Shown one piece after another: positions 18,954 through 28,923 of a stretch of 44,521 nt of DNA. The stretch comes from an uncultured Clostridium sp. Its GTDB lineage: Bacteria > Bacillota > Clostridia > Clostridiales > Clostridiaceae. The stretch is taken from positions 1 through 44,521 of the forward strand of contig CAYYWN010000001.1 of assembly GCA_964474485.1 (NCBI GenBank). Direction: 5' to 3'. Within the stretch, counting starts at the first letter, position 1. Every line of letters begins with the position of its first letter. The notes under the pieces are model-generated. The model was given only the letters and a program-made list of their open reading frames with translations, was not told the origin of the DNA and made no database searches. The position numbers and the translations under genes were made by a program.

Positions 18954-19688
18954 CTATTTTACAAATAATTCATCAGTATTCTTAAAATTTTTATTTTCTA
19001 TTAATTCTTTCATCACTGTACCATTTTTATTAGTAATCTTATATGCATTAGCATTTATATCACTTTTCACTATTTTAAATTCATTACTTCTAATAACAAA
19101 AGCACAGTTATTATCTAAAGCAATACCTGTTAGATTCTGTAATTTCATCATATCATCAAATCCTTCTCTTCCCTCTTCGTCATAATGCGGGCAGTGAATT
19201 GCATCTATTAGACCTAATCCTTCAGCACGAATATATTCCCAGAATCCATCATTATTTCTAAAGGAGTTACTATCGCTATGACCGTATTTAAACCAACATA
19301 TTGAACCTGCACTAAGTCCTGATAAAACAATCCCCTTTTCATATGCTTCTTTTAAATACTGGTTAACCTTTTTACTCCTCCAAATTTCCATCATTTTTAC
19401 AGTATCACCGCCACCTACATAAATAAGATCTGATGAAAGGATTTTCTCTTTAATCTGTTCATCCGTCAAATTTTCAGCCAAAAGTAGCAGTGAATCCGTT
19501 ATACACCCTAGCTTTTCAGCATAAACTTTATTGAATGAATCTATATACTCCTTTGGTTCTCCACTTGCTGTAGGAATAAACAGGGCTTTAGGGCTCTGCT
19601 TTTCTGTGGCCTTTACAATATACTCATCTATAGCAAAGGTTTCTAAATCTCCTAATTCTCCTCCACCAATTGCAACTATAGTTCCCAT
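18954..19688 (-). CDS. Peptidase E (S51) family, class I glutamine amidotransferase-like
   Basis: AIGGG, FIPTAS, IYVGGGDT, GLSAGS and CPHY motifs. Confidence 0.88.
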   Translation of the reverse strand: MGTIVAIGGGELGDLETFAIDEYIVKATEKQSPKALFIPTASGEPKEYIDSFNKVYAEKLGCITDSLLLLAENLTDEQIKEKILSSDLIYVGGGDTVKMMEIWRSKKVNQYLKEAYEKGIVLSGLSAGSICWFKYGHSDSNSFRNNDGFWEYIRAEGLGLIDAIHCPHYDEEGREGFDDMMKLQNLTGIALDNNCAFVIRSNEFKIVKSDINANAYKITNKNGTVMKELIENKNFKNTDELFVK

Positions 19689-19766
19689 AATCTATCTCCT
19701 TTCACACATATAATTATCTTAATATTATACCACAGAGTGATCCACCTATTAAAAGAACTAGTACAT

Positions 19767-21080
19767 TTAGTCCTCCGCTCTTAATATATTTATATCTTTG
19801 CCTTCCATAATTCTGTTCATATTTCTCATAGAACACATCTTACCACACATGGTACAGCTATCTTCATGTTCTGGAGTAGACTCCTTCCTATATCTCCTAG
19901 CTTTTTCTTCATCTAAACTTAGGGAAAACATTTCTTCCCAGTCTAGCCTTTGTCTAGCTTCACTCATCTTTAAATCCCATTTTTCTGCTCCTTCTACGCC
20001 CTTAGCCAAATCGCCTGCATGTGCCGCTATCTTTGAAGCTATAATTCCTTCCTTCATATCTTCTAATGTAGGTAATCGCAAATGTTCTGCTGGCGTTACA
20101 TAACATAGGAAATCTACTCCATGACTTGCAGCTATAGCTCCACCTATTGCTGAGGTTATATGGTCATATCCTGGTGCTATATCTGTAACTAATGGTCCTA
20201 ATACATAGAAAGGTGCTCCATAACAAAGTTTCTTTTCTAACAGGACATTTGCTTCAATTTCATTTAATTTCATATGTCCTGGCCCCTCTATTATTACTTG
20301 TACATTTTTATCCCATGCTCTTTTGGTTAGTTCTCCTAGTACCATGAGCTCTGCTATTTGTGGTGCATCTGTTCCATCTGCTATGCTTCCAGGTCTTAAA
20401 GCATCTCCTAGACTTATGGTCATATCGTATTCTTCACATATATCTAACAATTCATCATAATGTTCATAAAAAGGGTTCTCTTTATTATTTAATTCCATCC
20501 ATGCATACAGCAAAGAGCCGCCTCTTGAAACTATATTAGTAATTCTATTATTTTTCTTAAATACTTTAGCTGTATCTCTATTTAGTCCTACATGAATAGT
20601 TACAAAATCAACTCCATCTTCTCCGTGCTTTCTAACAACATCTAAAAATTCTTTTTCTGTAATATCTTTTAATTCCTTATCATAAAATCCTACTGCATCA
20701 TATATTGGAACAGTCCCAATCATGGCAGTAGACATATTTACTAGTTTTTTCCTAAACTCTTTTGTCTTTCCAAAGGAACTTAAATCCATAATTGCTTCAG
20801 CCTTCATGTCTATTGCATTTTTTACTTTATCTAGTTCTGTATCTACATCGGGACAATCTCTAGATATACCAAGATTAACATTTATCTTAGTCCTTAAACC
20901 TCTACCTACACCTTCTGGATTTAAAGATTTATGATTTTTATTTGCTGGAATAACTATATGTCCTTTTGCTATTCTCTCCCTTAGTATTTCTATGTTCATA
21001 TTTTCTTTTTTACTTACTATTTCCATCTCTTTAGTTATAATTCCTTTTCTTGCAGCATCCATTTGAGTAGTATAGTTCAT
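19767..21080 (-). CDS. thiC: Phosphomethylpyrimidine synthase
   Basis: [29 protein letters not shown] and CTMCGKMC; start at MNYTTQ after RBS AAGGGGG. Confidence 0.97.
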   Translation of the reverse strand: MNYTTQMDAARKGIITKEMEIVSKKENMNIEILRERIAKGHIVIPANKNHKSLNPEGVGRGLRTKINVNLGISRDCPDVDTELDKVKNAIDMKAEAIMDLSSFGKTKEFRKKLVNMSTAMIGTVPIYDAVGFYDKELKDITEKEFLDVVRKHGEDGVDFVTIHVGLNRDTAKVFKKNNRITNIVSRGGSLLYAWMELNNKENPFYEHYDELLDICEEYDMTISLGDALRPGSIADGTDAPQIAELMVLGELTKRAWDKNVQVIIEGPGHMKLNEIEANVLLEKKLCYGAPFYVLGPLVTDIAPGYDHITSAIGGAIAASHGVDFLCYVTPAEHLRLPTLEDMKEGIIASKIAAHAGDLAKGVEGAEKWDLKMSEARQRLDWEEMFSLSLDEEKARRYRKESTPEHEDSCTMCGKMCSMRNMNRIMEGKDINILRAED

Positions 21081-21237
21081 TTTTATATCCCCCTTTAAGT
21101 TAGTCATTTTTCTAATTTACATAATGCATTACAAATAAACTTTTATATGTGGTAACCCTTTATATTTCCTGGAGCTTTGTTTATGTTGATCTTCATTATT
21201 CTAGATATATTTGTTTTTTCACCTCCTTTACAAAAAC

Positions 21238-21269
21238 AAAAAAACTGTATACCAATAAAAGTATACAGC
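21238..21269 (-). terminator. Riboswitch expression-platform terminator
   Basis: CTGTATAC-ttttattg-GTATACAG followed by a U-tract. Confidence 0.8.
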
Positions 21270-21289
21270 AAAATACAAGTCCTTTAGCT

Positions 21290-21380
21290 ACATCCCTTCG
21301 TTGGCATTATCCAAATCAGGTTCTTAGGGTCAGAAATAACATTTCTATCTCAGCCTATTAATATAAGCTCCCCTTATAAA
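21290..21380 (-). ncRNA. TPP riboswitch
   Basis: GGGGAGC...GGCTGAGA...GACCC...GAACCTGATTTGGATAATGCCAACGAAGGGA upstream of thiC. Confidence 0.95.
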
Positions 21381-21443
21381 TCAATATTCACTTTTTGTTT
21401 ATCTATACAAAACATATCATATAATCATAATATTTACAACTCA

Positions 21444-22763
21444 TTATTTCATAGTATTTGAATATCTCCTATAATAAAGATATCCAAGCACACCCCATAA
21501 AAGCATTAGCACCATAGATGGACTACTTAACCTTCCAGGTGATCCAGGTATTGTAAGTAACCCTATGAATACAAGGCTTATAAATGCTCCCATTGCTGAA
21601 AGATACCTGTTAGATCCTTTTGAATTCTTAAATCCAATGTAACATACATAAAAATATGCTATTGCGGATAGTAATGAGGACATATCTACAATATAGATAA
21701 TAGCCTCTCTCCCAAACCAAGGTGCTATTAGGCTGATTAAGGCTACAAATTTAACTCCATTTTCAAATACACCATTATGATTTTCTTTCTTATATTTTAT
21801 TGGGATAAGTCCATACACAGACAAAGATCCAATCAACTTGCTGCTTCCTAACATAAACCCATTTATGCCACCTGCTACTGCACCTGTAAGTGATATTATC
21901 AATAATATGAAACCTATGTATCCTATATTATCAAGTACCGCAGACCCTAAGGCCCATTGTTCTAGTAATGCCTTCTCTGGACTATATATAAGTCCCGTTG
22001 TAATATTTAATAAATTGTAGAAAAACACTCCAGCAAATATTGCTACTATAGCAATCCTTGTAGCTTTTGGAGCTTCAAAATTAAGTTCTGTAGATACCTG
22101 TGGTATTACATCAAACCCAACAAATAAGAATGGAACTATAGCAAAAACTTTTACTACTTCAGCAATATTGAGCTTATAGTTAATAATATATGTATCCATA
22201 ATCAAGCTATGATCTGTCTTCATTAGCATGAAAACAAAAACTATGATTACATTTACTACCATAAGTAGTATTAGTATGTTCTGTATCATGGAACTAAAGC
22301 TTAATCCCTTTGTATTCACATAAGCAAATAGCAAAATTATTAAGCTAGAAATAATAATTTCTGAAAAATATACTGGATAACCAGCTACCTTATATAGATA
22401 TATAAAATCTACTCTAGGGCCAAATAACTTCTTAAGTACTAGCACAAATGCTGTAGCATTAAGTGGAACCATGCTTATATAGCACAAAGTCAAAGACCAT
22501 CCTACTATAAATCCATTTGCCTTACCAAGACTTTTATAGGTATAGGAGAATTCTCCACCATCTTCATGATGCCTCTCCATCATAATGTGATAACCCTTTT
22601 GTATAAAAACAATAGCAAAGCCACCAAGTATTAACCCGATGGCTGTGCTTATGATACCACTTTCATGGAGAAACTTTGAACCGGGTAAGGTAAATGACCC
22701 CCATCCAATAATAGACCCTAATGCTAAGGTTAATATGTCTATTTTGTTCAACTTTTTCCTCAT
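21444..22763 (-). CDS. APC family amino acid permease
   Basis: GSIIGWG, GGEFSY and FVGFD motifs; about 12 TM segments. Confidence 0.9.
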   Translation of the reverse strand: MRKKLNKIDILTLALGSIIGWGSFTLPGSKFLHESGIISTAIGLILGGFAIVFIQKGYHIMMERHHEDGGEFSYTYKSLGKANGFIVGWSLTLCYISMVPLNATAFVLVLKKLFGPRVDFIYLYKVAGYPVYFSEIIISSLIILLFAYVNTKGLSFSSMIQNILILLMVVNVIIVFVFMLMKTDHSLIMDTYIINYKLNIAEVVKVFAIVPFLFVGFDVIPQVSTELNFEAPKATRIAIVAIFAGVFFYNLLNITTGLIYSPEKALLEQWALGSAVLDNIGYIGFILLIISLTGAVAGGINGFMLGSSKLIGSLSVYGLIPIKYKKENHNGVFENGVKFVALISLIAPWFGREAIIYIVDMSSLLSAIAYFYVCYIGFKNSKGSNRYLSAMGAFISLVFIGLLTIPGSPGRLSSPSMVLMLLWGVLGYLYYRRYSNTMK

Positions 22764-22774
22764 AAAATCAATCC

Positions 22775-24472
22775 TTAATTAAAGTTATATTCTGTAAGTA
22801 TCTTTTCTCTTCCTGTTACCTCATCTTGGTAATACTCGTAGCAGCAAATTCCTAAATAAGATCCTGATATGTTTATTACATTGTTATATCCCATATTTTG
22901 AAGTGCCGTTACTGCATTATAACTTCTTTGGCTTGAACGACAATGTAGATATACTGGCTTATCCTTTGGAATTTCATGAAGTCTTCCTCTAATCTCACTA
23001 AGTGGAATATTTACTGCATTCCTAATGTGACCTTCTGCATATTCATGCTTCTCTCGTACATCTAGGATAAATGCATCATTTTCTACAAGTTCCCTAACCT
23101 TAGTTACTGGAACTTGTTTAAACTTGCCATACAATAAATTAAGTGCTACTAACGCTGCGTGATTCACAACATCCTTGGCTGTTCCAAATAAAGGAGAATA
23201 GCATAACTCTAATTCTTTTAGATCTTCTAGTGTTCCGCCCATGGTAATCATAGTTGCAATAACATCTATTCTCTTATCTACGTTTCCTTTCCCTATAGCT
23301 TGTGCTCCAAGTATTCTACCTGTTGGGTATTCATAAATCAATTTAAAATGCATTGGACTGCTATCTTTCATCAAACCAACTTTATCTCTTGGAATGATAT
23401 ATACAAAATCATAGGAAATCCCTGCTGTCTTTGCTGCCTTTTCATTTAATCCTGTGGATGCAGCTCCTAGATCAAATATCTGTACTACAGATGATCCTAT
23501 TACTCCATTGTTATTATGGTGAATATCATACATATTGTCTGCTGCTGCCCTAGCTTGCCTTTGTGCAGGGCCTGCTAAAGCAAGTCTTGAAGGTTTATGT
23601 GTTAGTTTATTATAAACCTCTATGGCATCACCTACAGCATAGATATCTTTATCACTAGTCAAATAGTTATGATCAACCTTAATCCCTCCGGTTGCCCCAA
23701 TTTCAAGTCCTGCCTCTTTAGCTAGACTAGTTTCAGGACTAACACCAATTGCCATTATTACAGCCTTTGCAGATACCTTTTTACCTGACTGCAATTCTAT
23801 AGAGTCTTCATTTATCTTTTTTACTCCATCACTTAATATAAGGTTAACGCCCTTATCCATCATTTCCTTTTGGAGTATCTGGGCCATATCATAATCAAAA
23901 GGGCTCATTATTTGATCAAGCGCTTCTATAAGACTTATACTCTTACCTGCTAATCGTAGATTTTCTGCTACTTCTACACCTATAAATCCACCACCAACAA
24001 CAGCAATATCCTCAATATTATTTTCATCAATATAGCCTTTTAGCTTCTTTATATCAACTACATTTCTTACTGTGAATACATTAGATCCTGTTATACCTTC
24101 AATAGTTTTGGGTAATATTGGTCTAGCCCCTGGAGATAAAACCAATTTATCATAAGACTCTTCATACTCTTTTCCTGTAATCACATTTTTAACTACTATT
24201 ATCTTCTCTTCTTTTTTTATTTTAGTAACTTCACTACTAACTCTAGCTTCAATGTTATATTGGTTTTTAAACTGTTCTGGACTCATTAAAACTAAATCAT
24301 CACTATTTTCTACCATACCACTTAAATGGAATGGTAATGAACAGTTCGAAAAAGATACATGAGGTCCTTTCTCAAACATTATTATTTCTGCCATTTCATC
24401 AATTCTTCGTGCTCTTGCTGCAACTGAAGCTCCGCCAGCTACTCCACCGATAATTAAAATCCTTTTACCCAT
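22775..24472 (-). CDS. cdr: CoA-disulfide reductase-rhodanese fusion (CoADR-RHD/persulfide reductase)
   Basis: GGVAGG, SFSNC redox Cys, GGGFIG, YAVGD, CYSP; C-terminal rhodanese LDVRE...HCRSSQRS. Confidence 0.88.
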   Translation of the reverse strand: MGKRILIIGGVAGGASVAARARRIDEMAEIIMFEKGPHVSFSNCSLPFHLSGMVENSDDLVLMSPEQFKNQYNIEARVSSEVTKIKKEEKIIVVKNVITGKEYEESYDKLVLSPGARPILPKTIEGITGSNVFTVRNVVDIKKLKGYIDENNIEDIAVVGGGFIGVEVAENLRLAGKSISLIEALDQIMSPFDYDMAQILQKEMMDKGVNLILSDGVKKINEDSIELQSGKKVSAKAVIMAIGVSPETSLAKEAGLEIGATGGIKVDHNYLTSDKDIYAVGDAIEVYNKLTHKPSRLALAGPAQRQARAAADNMYDIHHNNNGVIGSSVVQIFDLGAASTGLNEKAAKTAGISYDFVYIIPRDKVGLMKDSSPMHFKLIYEYPTGRILGAQAIGKGNVDKRIDVIATMITMGGTLEDLKELELCYSPLFGTAKDVVNHAALVALNLLYGKFKQVPVTKVRELVENDAFILDVREKHEYAEGHIRNAVNIPLSEIRGRLHEIPKDKPVYLHCRSSQRSYNAVTALQNMGYNNVINISGSYLGICCYEYYQDEVTGREKILTEYNFN

Positions 24473-24600
24473 AATAATTATTCCTCCTTTTAGTTATAAT
24501 CAAGATCATTTATAATATTTTTAAAAAGCCATTAGCTCTATAGTATTCAATCTTTCTTTTATAAATTTTGTAGTTTTATTATTTCTTTAAGTTAGTACTA

Positions 24601-25863
24601 CTATTTAGACCATCTTTTAGCAAATACATTTCCTACAATACCACCTAAAGTCATAAAAATCAAGAATACCCAACCTGAAAGTGAAAAGTTTGCAATAGGT
24701 GTATATAATGCTCCTACGTTACATCCATTGGCGAATCTAGTACCTAACCCCATAGTAATTCCGCCTAGGGCATATAGTAATACTTCTCTTATTGTAATGT
24801 GCATCTCTGACATAAATGTCTTCATGAACTTACCAGCAGTTAATAAATAAATAATTGTTCCTATAAGTATACCAAAGTTCTGTACTGAAACAGCATGCTG
24901 AAAGAATGGTTGCATGTATGCCTTTGCTGGGATTTTTGTAAATGACGCAAGTGATTCTGCTGAAACTCCAAATATCATTAAGAATTTACCAAACCAAATT
25001 CCATAAGGAGTAGATGCTCCCCAGCCTTCTTTAGTAACACCCATAAGTAAAGTAAATAATATGCTTATTACTACAGCTCCTTGAACTAAAGTCCATGGTT
25101 TTACAAATAGTCTATTATAAGTTTCTTTGCTTAATAATTTATAATTTTTTGTATCTAATATTTCATTGTTATCTTGTATTCTTTCCATAAAATGACCAGT
25201 ATATGTGTTTTTCTTCTTACGACCTTTTTCATAGTAATATGCTAAAAATACAACAACTCCACAAAATAATGCTGTTAATATCAATGCACCTAAATAACCT
25301 TCAAGTCCATCCCATTTAAATAAATCAGGAAGGAATACACCACCTGCCAATTTTTCACCTACTGGTGTTGAAAACCAAGACTTTGATACCCAATCTGCAG
25401 TGTTTTGTATAGGGAATCCAAGAAATACACCTAGTCCAAAAAACACTAATGTAATAGACGCTCTTGGTAAAGCTGTAATTAAGTCCGTAAGCACTCCAGA
25501 AGCGCAGCAAGATGAAAATGACATACCAAATCCAAATAATAGACCTCCTACAATCAATCCAAGATTAATTGGATTGACCCAAAGATCATAGCTAGTAGGA
25601 TCAGTCTTAAATAAAAATGAAGTAGTCAATAAAGCGGATATAAAAAATAGAAACATAAGCGTCCTCATTAATTTTGTTGATCCTGTATTAAATGCGCGAT
25701 TTATGCTTCCAGCAAATCCTGTATATGCTCTAGATAAAGTGTAACCAAAACCTACACCAACTAAAAGTCTAAAAAATAGCAAGTCTGTTTTTAAAAGTAT
25801 CTGACCTAAAAATAATACTAATAAAATTACTATAAATCCTAAAATCTGTTCACGTTTTTTCAT
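24601..25863 (-). CDS. YeeE/YedE sulfur-compound (thiosulfate-type) transporter
   Basis: GGLLFGFGMSFSSCCASG and MGLGTRFANGCNVG motifs; start at MKKREQ after RBS AAGGAG. Confidence 0.88.
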   Translation of the reverse strand: MKKREQILGFIVILLVLFLGQILLKTDLLFFRLLVGVGFGYTLSRAYTGFAGSINRAFNTGSTKLMRTLMFLFFISALLTTSFLFKTDPTSYDLWVNPINLGLIVGGLLFGFGMSFSSCCASGVLTDLITALPRASITLVFFGLGVFLGFPIQNTADWVSKSWFSTPVGEKLAGGVFLPDLFKWDGLEGYLGALILTALFCGVVVFLAYYYEKGRKKKNTYTGHFMERIQDNNEILDTKNYKLLSKETYNRLFVKPWTLVQGAVVISILFTLLMGVTKEGWGASTPYGIWFGKFLMIFGVSAESLASFTKIPAKAYMQPFFQHAVSVQNFGILIGTIIYLLTAGKFMKTFMSEMHITIREVLLYALGGITMGLGTRFANGCNVGALYTPIANFSLSGWVFLIFMTLGGIVGNVFAKRWSK

Positions 25864-25905
25864 TTTTTTCTCTCCTTTATTCAATAATGGATTTTACATC
25901 CCAAT

Positions 25906-25937
25906 TTGTTAATTAATTAACCGTTTCGACAATTATA
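25906..25937 (-). promoter_or_regulatory. Extended -10 promoter (TGaTATAAT) followed by a Rex-like operator
   Basis: TTGTTAA-ttaa-TTAACCG at 25906-25923 versus the clostridial Rex consensus TTGTTAANNNNTTAACAA; -10 at 25932-25937. Confidence 0.55.
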
Positions 25938-26097
25938 TCACAACTTCTACAAAAAATTAACGTTAAATTTTTACTCTTTTCCCACTGTAACCGTTGACAC
26001 GACACGCTTTTTTAAAATAAATACTTCATAATATTATCTGAAGATGAACTAAAATCCCAGTAAAATATTACAACAAAATTATTCTTATTTTTCTACA

Positions 26098-26143
26098 AAC
26101 AAAAAAAGCCTGTCAAAGTGGATTTACTTCACCTCAACTGACT
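26098..26143 (-). terminator. Probable terminator
   Basis: Imperfect stem GTTGAGGTG/CACTTTGAC followed by GGC and a T-run. Confidence 0.45.
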
Positions 26144-26211
26144 ATTCTTATAATCCTTATTAAATTAAAGCTCTAATCTCTATAAAAGATTTAAAGTTCA
26201 ACTTTTTGTGT

Positions 26212-27132
26212 CTAAGATATTGACGTAGACCCATGCTCCAATTGCATTATAATACCAGCCAATTGTCTGCTTAGATAAGGCGAAATGTCGCCAATTCCAG
26301 ATACTGCTTCTAGCAGTGCAAAGGTATGCCCACCCCACGTCCCTTGTGGATCGAAAACTTGCCTGCCGATTCGCAAGCCTGATGCTCCTATAAAGTTATC
26401 CAGTTGTTGCATTCCTTCATTAAGCAGTCCAACCGGAAGTGGTTTTTTCCTGCGCCTGGACCATTCTGCCAAGAAGGACATGCCACGCAATATATCATAT
26501 TCAAAAAACCTAGGGAAACAAGGCTTCAACCATTCCATATTGATGATGTTCCCATTTTGTTTAGAGCATACAAGACGATGTTCAATCAAATAACGTGCTC
26601 CTTCATCCAAAAAAACAGATTCTTGCGCAGTGAATTCGCGATTCGTATACCGCAGAATAGCTTCAAGCGGAGGCAGTGTTGAAACAATAGAGCTCTTATG
26701 AGAATGAGTATAGGCTTCAGGATTGCAGTTCAGTCCGCCATCAACCATCTGATGATTTAAAAGCCATTGTCGAATCCAAGGTATCTCCTTGTCCAAATCG
26801 CAGCCATAGGCCATCAAAATCATGTAGTACACAGCAAGCTCACAATGACAGCAATCCATCTTCATCTTATCTATTTCACTTGTTGGATGGTCGTCGTCGG
26901 ATATGATAAAGATGGGCCATGTTTTAGCTTTGAGTAAATATTTTGCTCTAGCAATAGAAGACTCGGGAATTCGTTTCACTTCACCCATTTCATAAAGGGC
27001 GGCCATATGCCACCAGGCCCCATCCCATTTTCTACGACTGTACTCGGAACAATCCATCTCCAAATATGAACTAGATTCAAGAAATCGTATAGATTCTTCA
27101 ATTGCATAACAAATATTTAGATTTTTTTCCAT
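26212..27132 (-). CDS. Hypothetical protein with prenyltransferase/squalene-cyclase-type repeat motif
   Basis: WLLNHQMVDGGLNC motif; visibly GC-richer than its flanks; start at MEKNL after RBS AAGGGGG. Confidence 0.65.
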   Translation of the reverse strand: MEKNLNICYAIEESIRFLESSSYLEMDCSEYSRRKWDGAWWHMAALYEMGEVKRIPESSIARAKYLLKAKTWPIFIISDDDHPTSEIDKMKMDCCHCELAVYYMILMAYGCDLDKEIPWIRQWLLNHQMVDGGLNCNPEAYTHSHKSSIVSTLPPLEAILRYTNREFTAQESVFLDEGARYLIEHRLVCSKQNGNIINMEWLKPCFPRFFEYDILRGMSFLAEWSRRRKKPLPVGLLNEGMQQLDNFIGASGLRIGRQVFDPQGTWGGHTFALLEAVSGIGDISPYLSRQLAGIIMQLEHGSTSIS

Positions 27133-27298
27133 GTCGATCCCCCTTTTGTTTACCTCTACAAATTTACACAAAACTATGGAAGTTCTCTGCATAATCAATA
27201 TTATAAATCGTTAAAGGCTTACACTAATCTTTTACGTAATCAATAACCTTATTCAAGTAACTTTTGCTTCCCTTGATTCAAATTTATAAAAATGGAGA

Positions 27299-27560
27299 TT
27301 AAAACCCTAGCTTTTTATAACAAAAGTATGTGCCTGGTTTAATACTATCATCATCATAATACAGTAATCCAAGCTGATTAAATATAACTTCCATATTGTA
27401 TTCCTTTTTATCCAATAAATTAAGTGCTTTTTGATAATTTTCATAAGGTTTTCCGACTAACGCAATTGTCATATGAAATGTATATATATCACCATCAAAC
27501 GCTGCCTTACAAGGTGGCAATTCTATAAGCTAATACCCACTCGGAATATCATTTAAGTTG
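27299..27560 (-). pseudogene. Chimeric gene relic (regulator effector-domain fragment plus 2H-phosphoesterase-like C-terminus)
   Basis: DIPSGY*LIELPPCK joined to AFDGDIYTFHMTIA...YYDDDSIKPGTYFCYKK (HxT motif); no RBS. Confidence 0.45.
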
Positions 27561-27584
27561 CATTTATGTTGTTTATCCCCTAAT

Positions 27585-28541
27585 CTATAACCTTAGTATC
27601 AATATAATAATTGAAATTAAGCTTAAACATAAACTTACTAATGATATAAGCCTGACAACCTGTTTTGGGTTCAAGCCAGAGGATATTAATCTGTGATGAA
27701 TTTGACTTGAATCTGCTTCGTAAATAGGTCTACCCCTTATAATTCTTTTGATAACAACATATATATTATCAAATATAGGAACTCCTAAAACTAAAATTGG
27801 TATAATAATAGAGATCATAGTAGCTTGTTTAAAAGCACCATCAAGTGCAATTATAGCCAGTATAAATCCTGAAAAGTTTGCCCCTGAATCCCCCATATAA
27901 ATTTTAGCTGGATATTTGTTATACTTTAAAAAACCAATTAATGCACCTACAAATAGTATAGACATCATTGCTGAATCAGTTTGATTTTTTGCCAATGCCA
28001 CTACAAATAGTGTTGAGCCTGCAATAGCTGATAAGCTTCCTGCAAGGCCATCTACTCCATCTGACCAGTTTATAACAGTTGTAATACCAAAAATCCAAGT
28101 AAGGGTAAAAAAAAAGCTAATTCCTACTGGTAACACAATATATGTATATGTACTTGTAAATGGATTAGTACAACCAGTAAAAGCGATTCCCGAATAATAA
28201 ACCATGAGAATTGATATAAATTGTACTATTACTCTAGGCATTATGGCAAACTCTTTCCCCTTAGTCTTATACCAATCATCAACCATTCCTATACCCAAAA
28301 CTAACAACGATGAAATTAAAATATAAAAGGACTTTTTTTCAATAGGTCGCATAAATATTAAATACCCCAAAAAAAAGCCTACAAAAATACTAGTCCCTCC
28401 TGATAAAGGAATTGGACTTTCTTGTTTTTTTCTTTCTGTTGGTTTATCACAAAAATCCAACTTATTTGCAAGCTTTATTAAAATAGGAGTAAGTAAATAT
28501 ACTATAAAAAAGACTACTACAGCAGCACATAAGTATCTCAC
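27585..28541 (-). CDS. Undecaprenyl-phosphate GlcNAc-1-phosphate transferase-like (MraY/WecA/TagO family)
   Basis: GMVDD, SDGVDGL, IYMGDSG and QIHHRL motifs; GTG start after RBS AAGGGG. Confidence 0.88.
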   Translation of the reverse strand: MRYLCAAVVVFFIVYLLTPILIKLANKLDFCDKPTERKKQESPIPLSGGTSIFVGFFLGYLIFMRPIEKKSFYILISSLLVLGIGMVDDWYKTKGKEFAIMPRVIVQFISILMVYYSGIAFTGCTNPFTSTYTYIVLPVGISFFFTLTWIFGITTVINWSDGVDGLAGSLSAIAGSTLFVVALAKNQTDSAMMSILFVGALIGFLKYNKYPAKIYMGDSGANFSGFILAIIALDGAFKQATMISIIIPILVLGVPIFDNIYVVIKRIIRGRPIYEADSSQIHHRLISSGLNPKQVVRLISLVSLCLSLISIIILILRL

Positions 28542-28661
28542 AAAAATTTCCCCTTTCACTACAGAGCAATTATATATTTGTCCAAATGAATAAATACATA
28601 TCCAGTTCCTCATCATTAAATATATCTTTTCTTTCCAATTAGCAGGAGAGTTTGTGGTTTT

Positions 28662-28923
28662 TCATCGTAATATTTCATAAAACATATTTTGTTCACCCCT
28701 GAAATCTCTAACTCCAAGGCAAGTCATTCCAATCTTTCTCATAACCGTCATAGACGCAATATTTTTAGGATTAATCATCCCATATATTTTTATTATATTA
28801 CTATTTTTAAAAGCAGTTTGTATGCACTCGATTGTCTGACATTAAGTTATGCAACTCGTCCGTATGATCTAATGTCCAGCGTTTTATATATAAACGGTCT
28901 GTTTCAATTATAATATCACTCAT
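28662..28923 (-). pseudogene. RimJ/RimL-type GNAT pseudogene with internal deletion
   Basis: MSDIIIETDRLYIKRW...MSDNRVHT joined out of frame to ...INPKNIASMTVMRKIGM...FYEILR*. Confidence 0.7.

Noticed and set aside
21149-21361. 70-aa plus-strand ORF
   Set aside because: Overlaps the TPP riboswitch on the opposite strand.
19767-25863. Functional link between the sulfur operon and thiC
   Set aside because: ThiC makes the sulfur-free pyrimidine moiety and has its own riboswitch leader; only adjacency supports a link.
28689-28913. 74-aa plus-strand ORF
   Set aside because: Antisense to the RimL-type pseudogene.
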